64,000 nucleotides of DNA, taken from Cyanophora paradoxa CCMP329 (lineage: Eukaryota > Plantae > Glaucophyta). The DNA is taken from positions 282,819 to 346,818 of the forward strand of contig QPMI01000059.1 in the NCBI GenBank assembly GCA_004431415.1, given 5' to 3'. The position numbers and the translations under genes are program-made. Below the pieces are notes generated by a model. It was not told the DNA's origin. It ran no database searches and worked only from the letters and a program-made list of their open reading frames with translations. Positions 37,601 through 52,620 of the stretch are shown here, piece after piece (positions within the stretch are counted from its first letter, which is position 1; the number at the start of each line of letters is the position of its first letter).

Positions 37601-40276
37601 CCGGCCGAGGCGTCCCTGTCGGGCCGGGTCGCCGGCTCCCCGGTGGCGCTTACCTTCGAGGCCACGGTTCGAATCCTTCTAGGACCTCTTTCCTAATTAT
37701 AGGGCTTAAGCTCCTGCGTTTGCCTTCTAAACTTCCAACTTCTAGCTTCGTTGCTTCCGGCTCCTAAGTTCGTATACGCCCGCCCGGCCGCACCTTCGAG
37801 GCCGCGGTTTGAATTCCCCTAGGATCATTTCCCTTTCCTAAGCTTCCTACTTCTAATTCTAAGCTTCCAGCTCCTAACTTCTTTTTTGGGTGCCCGGCCC
37901 TGATTCTTCTTGTTCTTCTTCTGCCGACCTTAGCGTCTAGCTTCTGAACCTCTAGATTCTAGCTCAAGCCAGGGGCTTCCGGCTCGAGCTCCTAACTTCG
38001 TATACGCCCGCCCGCCCGGCCGCGGATCGTCGCGGGGCGGCCGGGTGGGCCTTTAGATTCTAGCTTCTAACAATTGCAAAGCTTCTAGCTCCTTGGGCCT
38101 TAAGCCTCTAGCTTCTGAACCTGTTAGATTCTACTAGGCTAGCTAGATTCTAGCTTCTAACAAATCTTTCAGCTCCTAATTTCGTACGCCCGACCGCAGA
38201 TCGTGGCGGGGCGGCGGGGCGGTCCCATCGCGAAGCTGGCGGCGCGGGCGGCCGTGCGGGACTCGGATCCGGCCTCGCCCCGCGCCGCCGCCCGCGCCGC
38301 CGCCCTCTCCTGCCGGTGCCCCCCCCCCCCCCCCCCCCCCCTTCTTCCCCCCCGTGCCCTGTCCCGCCCCGCTTTCCTGACCCCTCGCTCACTTACGCGT
38401 ACCCACCGCCCAGGCACGGGATCGCGTCGCGGGGCACGCCCTACGCGGTGGCCCTCGGCGGGTCGGGCGCCGCCGCCGCCGACGCCGGCGTCGCCCTCCG
38501 AGTCCCCTGCGCCTCCCGGGTCCGTCGAAGCTCTCTTTATTGAAGCTAACAAGAGATCCAGCGTTAGATTAACTTAAATTAGATATAGCTTAGCTTCTTT
38601 AAGATTATTTCATCTTAGCACCGTGGCGGCGGCCTGCATGTGATCTGATCTTAACTTCGGCGGGGCGCAGCCGGCGGCGCGCACGAACCCCCGGCGCGCC
38701 TCGTTCATGCGCGCGAGCCTCGACGGCCTCCGCGCCTCCTTCACCAACATCGCGCGTATCCCCCTACTTCGCCCCCCCCCCTCGTTCTATTTTTAGATCG
38801 CGTCTCATCCAGCCGCGCGTGCGCAGTCCCTGGGCCCTGCGCCGTCGAACGGGGCCGGGTCGGGGCGGAGGGGGACGACGCCGGACGCCCAGCAGGCTGT
38901 ACCCCAGCCCCCGACGCCGGCGGGAGACGCCGAGGCCGACGCCTCGGGCTTGCCGGGGGGCCTCTGGCGCTGCATCTGCTGCAGCGGCCTGGCAGACCTC
39001 TTCGCGGTACCCCCCACGCTCCAAACGTAGATCACGCTCTAAGTTCAGATCAGGGGCGCTAGCACTGTGCATGTGCATATCTCCTCTCCTGACCTCCTCG
39101 GCGCCGGGCAGCAGGGGGGCCACGGGCAGCCGCTCCGGGCGCGGGGCGAGGCCGGCGGCGACTCGGCCGAGCTCGAGGAGCTCCAGGTCCGCTTAACTAA
39201 GACTTTTAAAGCTGTAAGCTCAAATAAGCTTAAAAGAAGAAGAAGAAGCTAACGTAATTTAATCTAATCTAATTTAACGCTGGAGCTCGAGGGGCTTCGA
39301 GGGGCTCCCCTCACGCGCGCTCGCCCTCTGCCCTCTCTGCTCGCAGCCGCACCCGCAGCCTCTGGCGATGGCGCGCACGAGCACCTGTGCAGCGGTCGAC
39401 GGCGAGGCCGCACGGCGCCCCGTCGACGTCCTCCTGCACCTCCAGGCGAGTCCTTCTTCATAAACCTTTAATTTTTAGGGCCGCGTGTGCTTCTAGAATC
39501 TATCTATCTTCATCCCCTTGTCTCATTAGAATCTATTGTACGGATGCTTCAGCTCCGCCCCGCCCCCCCGGCGTTCGCAGCGCGGGCCCGCCTCGGGGGC
39601 GCCTCCCCTCTGACGGGCTGACCGGGCCGGCGGGGCGGGGCGGGGCGGGGCGGGGCAGGGGGCCGGGGGCCTGTGGGAGCTGGACGCGGAGCTCGCGGCG
39701 GCGCTGGGGCGGCCCCTCCCCGCCCTCCTCTCCATGCGCCCCAAGCACGCCCCGTCCGCCCCGCCCCGCCCCGCCCCGCCCGCCCCCCGCGAGCTCCCGC
39801 AGAGGGGGCGGGCTCCTGATCCCGGTACCCCCCTCCCCCCTCCCCCCAGGTCGGACCACTTCGCGACGGAGCAGGTCCTGGAGTACCTCGAGACCCGCTG
39901 CCCCGAGTGACCCCCCCCCCCCCCTTCTTCTTGTCCGATGTCGGCCGGCGCAGGCTCCGCGACGAGTGGGGCCTCGCGGCGGCAAAGGCCGCCGCCGCCT
40001 CCGCTGCCGCCGCCCCCGCGGCGAAGAAGGGGGGGTACTCTGCGATCGGAGCCGGCCGGCCGCGCTCGCCGTGGCGCGCGCCGGGGGCCGAGTGGTCCGT
40101 GGCGAACATCGTCGAGCACGAGGGGGTACGTGAATACGCGCCCCTTTTTCCCATAATCAACGTAACCCCGAGCCCATCCTCTGACGCGGATTGAAATTTC
40201 CGCAGATCTCTTCGGCTCGTTTTTCGAATCCGCAGGTCGACAATATGAATTGCAAGCGGACGACAACCACAGCTTA
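34609..40276 (+). CDS. VIT-VWA domain protein (VWA5A-like), multi-exon
   Basis: VIT: GLRSRDGGTAVPLKALLVTAVIDG...FKHEGHLPVEVVYRFQVPENASVSGFEARIG. VWA: VFFALDR..., RLEQAKSAVRTAVRSLPHGAHFDILAFGS, RVFAVG. Post-VWA QAPRELPSLLFAGDRLTAYAF. The 3' end is approximate. Confidence 0.75.
36437..36475. repeat. (TCTGA)n pentamer repeat in an intron, also at ~43760-43830
   Basis: tgatctgatttgatctgatctga... placed just upstream of 3' splice sites. Confidence 0.8.
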
Positions 40277-41289
40277 GTGTCGGAGCTCCGCTATATATAT
40301 ATATATATATGCTCTGCCCGACTCGGCGAGGACTAATTATATATATGCTCTCCTCTGAAATTTCGATCTAGGTCTAGAAGCTGTACATAGCTATCGCAAA
40401 GTACATCTTTTCTTCATCACTTTGTGATCATATGCTTTGGATTATAATTAGTCACTGAGTCTCTCGCCTTTCGCTTTGATTTTGCCTCCAGCTTCGAATT
40501 CGATGCCGTGATGCCTTAAGCTTGTAAGCTTGTAAGCTTTGTTTCAAGCGTTTAAGCTAGTATTTTCTCGACCAGGCATGTGCGCGCATATGTAACATTC
40601 TAATTTTCGAGCCTTGTTTGTACAGCTTTCGTTAAATCCTCTATAGCCGAGCCTTCGCATTTTATAGACAGCTCGAGCTCAATTTTGTTTCGAATACGAA
40701 TCCGGCATGAATCTTCAGGCTTCAGATTCAACTTTGCCGACAGTATAACGTACCGGAGCCTTGGCCGCAGAGCCTTGGCCCGGATGCGCGCACACGCGCG
40801 CGGGAGGCGGGAGGGGGCACAGGCTGCGAGAGGCTGCGGCGTGCGCTCGGATGCGCAGTCTGCGCAGATCTATACGTATACGTATACTAGCTAGATCTAC
40901 TAGCTAAACCTTGAACTTGGCTTGATGAGGCCGCTAAGACAAGGGCCGCGAACGTCGACCGCGGCGGACGTCGCGTCGGCGGTTGCGCCATTGCGCATAT
41001 GAGCGGATGAAAGTTCACGGTCCGTTCGCTGGCGACCGCTCGAAGTAACGGCCCACGGCGGGTACAGGATAAAGGCAGTTTGGTGCCCGACGTCAGCAGC
41101 CACCACAGGACGTTTAGCTCCGTCCCGCCGGGTAGAGGCTCTCTAGAGCGTAGAGCGGATTGAGCGTGCGCCCCTCCGCGTGCCTCCGCGGATTGGTGTC
41201 GCCGATCAGCATCGCCTTCCGCTCTTAAGCTTCTTCATTCCCTCTAGATCTGACGGGCTTCGGAACCTCTACGCAGAACAGCTAGCAAC

Positions 41290-44389
<3,100 letters not shown>

Positions 44390-45507
44390 GCGCGGACCGG
44401 GAAGGGGGTACACCCTCTCGTGGACGGGCCGGGGGTACCGGTTGTCTGGCACGGGGCGTGCACGTGGGCCCTCTGCCGGCCTTCGTCGAGCAACGTCGGC
44501 TTCGCGGAAAAACATTATAATTATCGATCTCTAGAGTCTCGCACTTCAAAACAACCCGTTTCGCATTTATCTAGCTATCTCGATTTCTCTAGCGCTAGCT
44601 ACTTATACAAGTTATCTAAAAAAAGAAGGTCGCGGCTTCACTAAAGAGCCTTGAATTCATATTGTAGATCTACTATATATAGAAGTGTACATGTACTGTA
44701 GAAGTCTTGTTCCTGATTCTCTGAGAGTTTGTGCATATGAACATTTATTTAGCCTGCAGTTGTGGGGCCAGTGGGCCCGTGATTGATTTCTTTATGTATC
44801 CCTGTTTTGTGAGGTAACTGTGCGGTCAGTGGGCCGGTGATTTCTGTTTTGCAAGGTACGGTAGTCGTGCGGCCAGTGTACATGTGCCGATCGCGATGAT
44901 TTCAGTATCGATGTGTATCTTGCAATTGAGCAACGTATACTTACATGTACATGTGGCATGGTTCCTTAATTAAACGCCTGCGAAGAAAGGACCTATCTCC
45001 TGTTTTGCAAGGCCTAGGTAGACGCGTGAGAGATATATCGATTGAAAGACTGCTCGCCGCTAATGAAAGAGTAAAGCTGAAGCCGCAAGATGCTAGCGCT
45101 ATGTTTACCGAAAAACGTTCCGTCAAACGTCAACTAGATCATGATCATGAAATCGAAATACATGCTCTAACGCTTCGGAACAGCATGCACGCGCCGTAAG
45201 GAGCTGTTTCGCATGTCGCAGACGGCCCCGGACGGACCTCGACGGGCCGAAAACGGCGCGACCTTTTGGACATCCCGCTAGTTCGCGAGCTTTAACAATG
45301 GATGGAATTTGAATTTTGAACACGGCCGTGTCACGGCGGCTATCAGCCGGCTGAGTTCGAGTTCGAGCTGGCTAGACCAAATTCTATATCCCCCCAAGCC
45401 ATCTCCCCCCCCTTCCAAGCCACGGCCAGCTGCAGCTAGATTGCGGCCAGCCACGGACTTGCGCGGGAAAAGCAAAAGCGCTTATAGCTTAGCGTTCGGC
45501 GATCGAG

Positions 45508-47264
45508 ATGCCGCTCTCTGTGCTGTCTGCCAAGGTCGGCTCAGCGTTCGGTTCCATTAGAGCGTGGCTGGGCGGCGCCAGCGATGGCAGGCCGCGGCAC
45601 GGCCAGATTGGCGGCAGCACCTGCGGCAGCCAGGACGACCTCGGCGAGGACGTGAATCCAGACGACTTTGGCGACGCAGCTTTGAGCGAGCAAGTCGTTC
45701 AGCCTGCGCATGCAGCGCCAGCTGCGCATGCGACGGCCGCGGTCGCGCTGGCGCCTCCCGCGGCGGAGCCGGCGGGCGGGAGCGACTCCCCACAAGTCTC
45801 GCCAGTACGCTCAGAGCTCGAGCAGAGCCCCGGCAGCGGCTGCTGTGAGACGCCAGGGACGCCTTTGGGGGGGGGTACGCCTGTACAGCCGTGTACGCCG
45901 CCTGTCGCAGCTGCCTCATCAGCGACCCCCGTGTACACGCCTGATCGCCCGCGTCGCAAGCGGGTAGTAGCTGCGCCCTCGCAATCGCAGCCTTCGCATG
46001 ATCAGCCGGCCACGCCTCCACGCACGCAGCCGCCGGCGGCAGCGGCCTCGCCAGCGACCCCCGTGGACATGCCTAAGCGCGTGAGTCGCAAGCGGGCAGC
46101 GGCGGCGACCTCCCAGCCTTCGCCCGCGGCGGCACCGAGCGAGCAATATGAGGATCCCTTCGTTGCCATGGAGCGGTATATGGACGATCCCTCTGTCGCG
46201 CCGTCGCCTGCCAGCTCAGCCGCGAAGAAGCCAGCCCCGAAGAAGCCCGCCACGTCCACCAAGCAGCAGTGCAAGCGGCGCAAGTGCGATGTCGAGATGA
46301 CGGGCGAGGAGGAAGATCGATTCACCCCCTGGGACAAGCCCGGGCGGCACCGCTTTCGCATCGAGGAGGAGGACGCCGCACTCTATCGGAGGCTCACCGG
46401 CTGCAAGCGGGTTTCCGATGCGGTTCGCATGGCGTCCAAGCTCCTTGAAGCGATCGAGTACCTTCAGCAGCGTGTGCGCGCGCCGTTTCACGCCGCCGTG
46501 CGCTTCGCCCGCAGCTTGCCTCGCTGATTCGGGCCGCAGGATGTCCTAGACAAGGGTCTAACTGGCGCGGAGCTCGCCAATCAACTGAAGGCGAAAGTCG
46601 ACGTGTTCCTCCGTGCACCGGCGCAGCGTGAGGAGCTCCAACAGAAGTGCAGCTCCCTGGAGCGGGAGCTCCCTGATCTGCGGTGGGCCAACAGGGAGAA
46701 GCAGCGGCAGATCGCTCAACGGGAGGAGAAGATCGCTCAGCTGGAGAAGGAGATGATGCAGCTCAACGCCAGTCTGGTGAGCCCGCCGGCCGCCGCGCCG
46801 CCCGCCCCGCCGGCGCCCGCAATGCGCTGCTGACGGCGGTCCCTCCGGCGCCCGCAGAGAGCGACTCGGGTCAAAAACCTCGAAGAGGAGTGCGAGGAGC
46901 TGCAGAACCAGAACGCTGCGCTGCAGACGAAGGTGGATGACCTGGAAAACAAGGTCCGCGATTGCCCACACGCGTGCGTGCGCCCGCTGGCGCGTAACGC
47001 GGCGCGGCGCAGGTCTCAAGGATGAAGAGGAATTGGGACTTGGAGTTGGAGCGTGAGGCGAAGGTGTGGCGGAAGGAGGAGCGCATGTACATAAAGGAGG
47101 TGGAGGAGCTGGAGGCCGTTATCGAGTATCTCTACATGAGGGACGTGCTCATGCGGGAACCCCGGGGGCCTAGGGTCGCAGGGTGGGTCGCCGCGGTCCA
47201 GCAGCTACACGCTGCTGTGCCGCCGGAGACGTCGCCTTTCGAGGCGCCCGCCATCGGGCGCTAG
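45508..47264 (+). CDS. Hypothetical protein: disordered S/T-P-rich N-terminal half, basic clusters, C-terminal coiled coil
   Basis: 339-aa first ORF followed by GT-AG-spliced heptad-rich exons (REELQQKCSSLERE..., VKNLEEECEELQNQNAALQTKVDDLENK, MKRNWDLELERE); no family recognised. Confidence 0.55.
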
Positions 47265-47330
47265 CCCCGGCCCGCTCGCTTCGTCCTGCATAGCTAGAGC
47301 TCTCATCGGATGAGAAAAATTTGTGTTCCT

Positions 47331-47586
47331 TGTCGGATGAGAGGATTCCCACCCGGTGCAGCGTCCGTGCGGTCACGCACGGGCTGGGGCTGTAGCTGGG
47401 AGCACAAGTGGTCTATTCACAAGTGTACCCGTCCAGGGATCGCGTACCCCCAAACGGAGTCGCGCCCGGCGCTAAGTCAGAATACAGAGAGTGCTAGAGC
47501 TAGCTGCTCGATAGCACTAGACTAGGGCTAGCGGCTACGCATAGACTGCCGGCTAGCCTAATCCGAGGGAATCGCGGCACGCGACA
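47331..47586 (-). repeat. Putative 3' LTR (~256 bp)
   Basis: Termini form a 5-bp inverted repeat, TGTCG...CGACA; the minus-strand TG lies 1 nt after a polypurine tract; interior is non-coding and less GC-rich. The left boundary cannot be confirmed without the 5' LTR. Confidence 0.6.
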
Positions 47587-47587
47587 A

Positions 47588-47598
47588 CTCCTCACTCT
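47588..47598 (-). promoter_or_regulatory. Polypurine tract (plus-strand primer)
   Basis: Minus strand reads AGAGTGAGGAG-T-TGTCGC, downstream of integrase. Confidence 0.6.
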
Positions 47599-48275
47599 GC
47601 ATACGGTGCGTCCTCGCACCGGACCGCGCCAAGCCGAACGTCGAGTCTGCATGCTCGACGGGGCGTCCACCCCACCGCCGGGGTGTGCACCAACCACGGC
47701 AGCGACAGGGCGGCGGCGAGTGAACTCCTCTCGAAGTAGAATGTCCGTCGTCAGCAACCAGATATGCCAGGTAGCATAGCTCGCGACCGAAATAGGAGCC
47801 GATACCAGCATAGTGCATGTACCTAGGCAACCCCAGGCCAAGCTCGAAAGATGGAAAAGCATAGAACTCGAAACCCCCAAAAGCTGGCCCAAACTCGCTC
47901 CAACGGCGAGAGCCGAAGGAGAGTGGCACGGATGGGAAGTTTCACCGCCTCGGGAAGAAACCAGCGAGGAGGTATCCGGGCCGCCCATCAGGCCCAACGA
48001 AAGGATAGGGCACGACTGAGTGCACCCCCAGCCAGCAACCTCGAGCCCCTCACGGACCCGCAGGCACCCGGGAGGCCTACACCCAGCCACTCTCCACGAG
48101 CGACGGGCCCAGATCCCAGAAAATGGAACGAAAGGCCCAGATGGCGCCCCGTGATTGGCCACCAGCCAACCCACGTCCCACCTCGGAAGCCAGGGCTGAG
48201 GCAAAGCGGGCAAAGAAATCTGCCCCACGGCGCAAGCACAGCGATCGCAAAGGGAACAGCAATGGGACGAGCTTC

Positions 48276-49935
48276 TCACAGGTCGTCGACCAAAATCGCG
48301 TCATCCATCTCAACCTCGTCGCCCTCGGCAGCCCGCTCGGGCCCTCGGCGTCGACGTCAGGGGCGAGAGGTGGATTTTGTTCTTGAGCGGGCGAGTCCGC
48401 GAGTGCGGGGTCGATCGCCGGCTCGTCGGCGTTCACAGCAGTCTTCCGAGGCCGACCAACGCGGGGACGGGCTTGAGACTCGGAGAGACGCGTGCGGAAC
48501 GGAAGCATGCAGTCGATGTGGGCAACAGTCTCACGCAGAGGACGGGTACGGGCATCGTCCTTGGCGGAGTAGGGCTTAGCCGACCCCTTGACCGTGTAGG
48601 TGTAACCGCCAGGGTTAACACCAGTCACAGTGTAGGGCCCGACCCACGAATTGTACAGCCCTTTGTTGTGTTCGCCCATCCAGCACAATACCTTGTCGCC
48701 AACCTCAAAGCGGCGACGATGAGGCGGGTTGCCGGTGCGAGCAACCATGCGGTTCCGATAGAACCGACGGTACTCGCGCGAGGCAGCGTCGGCGCTCGCG
48801 GCAGCTCGCGTCATCGCGAGAAGGTAATCAGCCGGGTGCGTGTGGTCGGGGTTCACGAAGCGGACGCCGGCTCCGAAGCGCACTTCGCAGGGCAGGTGCA
48901 CTTCAGAACCGCGGTGCAAGACCATCGGGGAGAACCCGGTGGCGGAGTGCACGGTGGTCCGCAACGCGAGAACGATATCGGCGTTGTAAAGAGGCCAGTC
49001 AGAGAGCGGCCGCTTGTGCTCACGGCACATGGCGTAAGCGAGAGTCTTGTAGACTCCGCCCAGGCGCTCGGCGCCGCCGTTCGAGGCGTGGTGGTAGGCG
49101 GCCGCGTGCACGAACCGGGTACCCTTCTCCTTGAAGAACGCGTTCCACGCGCCCCAACGAGTTGGGACCCGCGGTCCGTCAGGATGCGCGCGGGCACGCC
49201 CTCGTGCGTATAGAAGTCGATCGCGGTGGCGAGCAAGGCCTCGCCGGAGATACGGGAGAGCGGGTAGATATAGCAGAACTTGGTGTATGCGTCGACGTAC
49301 GCGATGATGTATCGCGAACCGTCTTCGTGCATATCCAAGTGGAAGATATCCACCTGCCACAGGTCTCCCTTGCCCGAAGGCTGTATCACCTGAATGGCGG
49401 TACGGCGGGGCTTCGCGGCCTTCGCGAACTGACAGTGCGGGCACGACCGCACAAAGCGAGCGATGGAGGCGTACATGCCAGGCCACCAGAACCGCAGGGC
49501 GATCCGACGGGCTATCACGGGCGCGCCTCGATGGGCCCAGCCCTCGTGATAGGCGTAGAGCACCCTGTCGATCCAAGCGTCCGGCAAGACGGGTAGGAAC
49601 CGGCCGGCAGGGACCAAGGGGTTGCGCTCGATGACGCCGTCGTCGGCCAGGCTGAACTCGCCGGCCAGGCGTGCAAAGCGCTCCTTGGCCCGCAGGCAGT
49701 GAGCGCAGCTGGGCGAGCAGGGATCTGCGTCGCGCCTCGAGCCGCGGGTACAGACAGTTGGATTCTCGCCCTCTGCGTGGAAGGCGAGAAGCTTCTTGCA
49801 GAAGGAATCCTCCTTCTGAGCGGCGAGCAGACGCTTGCGCTTCTCGGGCGGGAACATACGGCGCAGCGCGTCGGGGAGCGCCCCATCGACGGCTGGCGAG
49901 GGTCCGCAGGCCCACGCGTCGAGGACGGTATCCAC
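48276..49935 (-). pseudogene. Retrotransposon integrase (frameshifted near 49150)
   Basis: HHCC: YHEGWAHRG...FWWPGM...CPHC. DDE: WQVDIFH, VDAYTK, ILTDRGSQ, SNGGAER. Also TTVHSATGFSP, FEVGDKVL, WVGPYTV (GPY/F motif) and C-terminal RVGRPRK. Confidence 0.93.
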
Positions 49936-51269
49936 GAAGACCGGCTTGCACGGCGGGCGAACGTCCCGGCCTCTAGGGTCGAGTTCTACCCACCGCTGCG
50001 GGCAGCGGCCTCGGCGGCGACCGTCTCAGGCTCGAGCGGGGCGGCGTCGTCGGAAGCCTGCCCGCGGGCAGAGGGGCGACCTCGAGCCCGCGGCGCTGGC
50101 TTGGGGTCCGGGGGACCGGCCGAACGCGGATCTGGTGGCGAGCAGTCTCCGGGGAGAGCGAGCGTCGGCGCGGAGGCCCGGGAGGCGGCTCGCCCTCAGG
50201 GTCCTCCGGCTCCCACTCAATATGAATCGGCACCGGCCGATCCGAGGGGTCGACCGGGGAGCGCCAGTGGCGCGTGTTGTACTCATCTCGAGGCTGCCGC
50301 CTCAAGGCGGGCCGCGAGGGAAGAGCGCGTCGGGATGCAGGGGCCGCGGCTCGGCAAATCCCTTGGCGCCCCACCGACGGGGCCCGGTTTCCGAGCGCTT
50401 CGGGACTCGCTCCGCAAGAGCGAGGGGGAAGCCGTCAGCGTCGCAGGCGTCGGAGGGGACAGGCCCTTCCGGCAGCGACTCGTCATCGATCTCGCCCGAG
50501 GCCTCGGCCTCTGCGTGAGCGTCCTCTAGCAGCGCGGCCGGGGCGCCCAGGTCGCCCTCAGGGGCGTCGGGCATCTCCGCGTCCGAGGGAGCCTCGCGCT
50601 CCTCGACAGCGGGCGCCGGGCCCGGCTCTCGTCGTTTCGGGGGCGGCGAGACCGACTCTGGCGCGGGAGGCGCGAAGCGCTCTGGGGCGGCCCGCGCTCG
50701 CTTGCGCGTGGCGGCGTCAGTAGCCGAGGCGGAGGCCTTGGCCTCAGCGAACCCAGCCGACGCAGCAAGCTTGGCGAGCTCGCGGGGCAGGCGTCGCGGC
50801 GCGCGCTCTGGCGGCGGGGGCTCGGCGTCGGAATCGGTTTCCGCAGCACCGCCAGCCTCACCCTCAGGCTCGGGCGCGGGCGCTTCAGGGGCGCCGGCGT
50901 CGGGCTCGGCCTCAGGAGCACTGGCTGGCACAGGGGGCCGCGACTCCTCCTCTGCATAAGAGGAGCGGCCCGGCGGGGAAGAGGGGGCGCTCGCAGGCGC
51001 CGCCCGGGCGCTCGGCGTCTAGCGGCTCGGCCACCCTCGGCTGGGGCTTCCGCGCGGAAGCCGGCGGAGTTGGCGAGCTGGCGCAGGGCCCGCTCGGTCG
51101 GGCCCAGCTGCATCCTAAAGATGCCCAGCGGGACGTCGGGATCCTCAGGCTCAGCCCCTACAGCATGTTGCGGGATGCCGAAGCCTTCGGCGCCCTTGTA
51201 GGCCGCGGGCTTGGACGAGGAACCGTCTGCACCGCCTGGCTGCCAGACGGGGTGGTCCTTAGGGAGACG

Positions 51270-51723
51270 CGAGCACGCGTCGGGACCCCGTTCTGCTTGC
51301 CAGGGCGGTAGACGATCTCAAAGTCGTAGGCCTGCAAGAGCAGGGACCAGCGACCGAGGCGGCCCGTCGTCGGGTCCAGCGTCTTCAGCCACTGGAGGGC
51401 GTGGTGGTCGGTCCGCACCAGGAACTGGGGGCCGCCAGCAGATAGTGGCGCCAATACTTAATGGCCCAGACTACTGCGAGGCACTCCAGCTCCGTAGCGG
51501 AGTAGTTCATCTCGGCCGGCAGCAGCGTGCGGCTGATGAACGCGAGCGGCCGCTCGACGCCTTTGTCGTCGGCCTGGCTCAGAATTGCGCCGATAGCGTA
51601 GGTGCTGGCGTCCGTCTGGAGAATGAAGGGCTTCGAGAAGTCCGGGAACCGCAATATAATATCGCGGCCCAGGAGTTCTTTCAGCTCCTTAAAGGCGCGG
51701 TCGGCGGGCCGTCCTCTGGCCAA
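51270..51723 (-). pseudogene. Ty3/gypsy RNase H (frameshifted)
   Basis: FPDFSKPFILQTDASTYAIGAILSQ, AFISRTLLPAEMNYSATELECLAVVWAI, VRTDHHALQWL, RLGRWSLLLQAYDFEIVYRPGKQN. Confidence 0.93.
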
Positions 51724-52620
51724 CTCCAGACGGCGTCCTTCAATAGAAGGCGCTGCATGGCGTGCACCACTTTGGAGAAGTTCTCGACAAAGCGGCGGTA
51801 GTAGCCGGCGAGGCCGAGGAACGAGCGGAGCTCGTCCGCGTTCTTCGGCGTCTGCCAGTCCGTGATCACCTTGGTCTTCGCAGGGTCCTGGCGGATCCCT
51901 TCGGCGGAGATGCGGTGGCCGAGAAGGTCGATTTCAGGCACGCAGAAGCGGCACTTCGACGGCTTCAGGCGCAGGTTCGCCTTAGAGATCGTCTCGAAGA
52001 GCGCCTTCAAGTCTAGAAGGTGCTGATCGATGGACGGTGAGAAGACCGTGATATCGTCGATGTACGCGACGACGCAGGTGGTCAGCAAGGGGCCCAGGAT
52101 CGCAGTGATCGCGCGGGAGAATGCCGCGGGCCCGTTCGTGACCCCAAACGGCGTAACCTTCCACTGAAAGTGACCCCAGGGGACCACAAATGCAGTGTAG
52201 GCTCGGGAGCCGGGGTGCAGAGGCAGCTGCCAGAAGCCGGCAGTCGCGTCAGCAGTCGAGAAGACCATCGAGCCGCGGAGGCGCTCGAGCTGGTCGTCTA
52301 TGCGGGGTAGGGGAAACACGTCCCGCTCGGTGATCTGATTCAGCCTCGATAGTCGACACAGAAACGCCAAGTGCCGTCCTTTTTGGGGGCCAGCACTACC
52401 GGCGAGCCATATGCCGCTTGGGAGGGCTCGATCAGCCCAAGCTCAAGGAGTTTCTGAATTTCCTTGCGGGCGTGTTCCTCGGCGTGCGGGTTCATACGCC
52501 GCGGAGGCGTGAACACCGGAAGGCGAGTCGTGAGTTTGATCACGTGCTCGTAATAGAGCAGGTTGCTGGTGCCCTCTTTGGCCTCGACCTTGTCTGCGAA
52601 GACATCCTTGTAGCGCCGCA
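51724..52620 (-). pseudogene. Ty3/gypsy reverse transcriptase (frameshifted near 52345)
   Basis: SPVVLAPKKDGTWRFCVDYR, FPLPRIDD, DATAGFWQ, TPFGVTNGPAAF, YIDD at 52053-52064, KCRF, LLGH, LRSFLGLAGYYRRFV. Confidence 0.95.

Noticed and set aside
40900-41280. Possible structured ncRNA or small gene upstream of GDH
   Set aside because: No recognisable snRNA, snoRNA or tRNA boxes; more simply the promoter/5' UTR.
45214-47586. 2.4-kb LTR containing the spliced coiled-coil gene (TGTCGC...GCGACA termini)
   Set aside because: TGTCGC occurs several times by chance in this GC-rich DNA; the 47331 boundary gives a compact non-coding LTR and leaves the gene outside.
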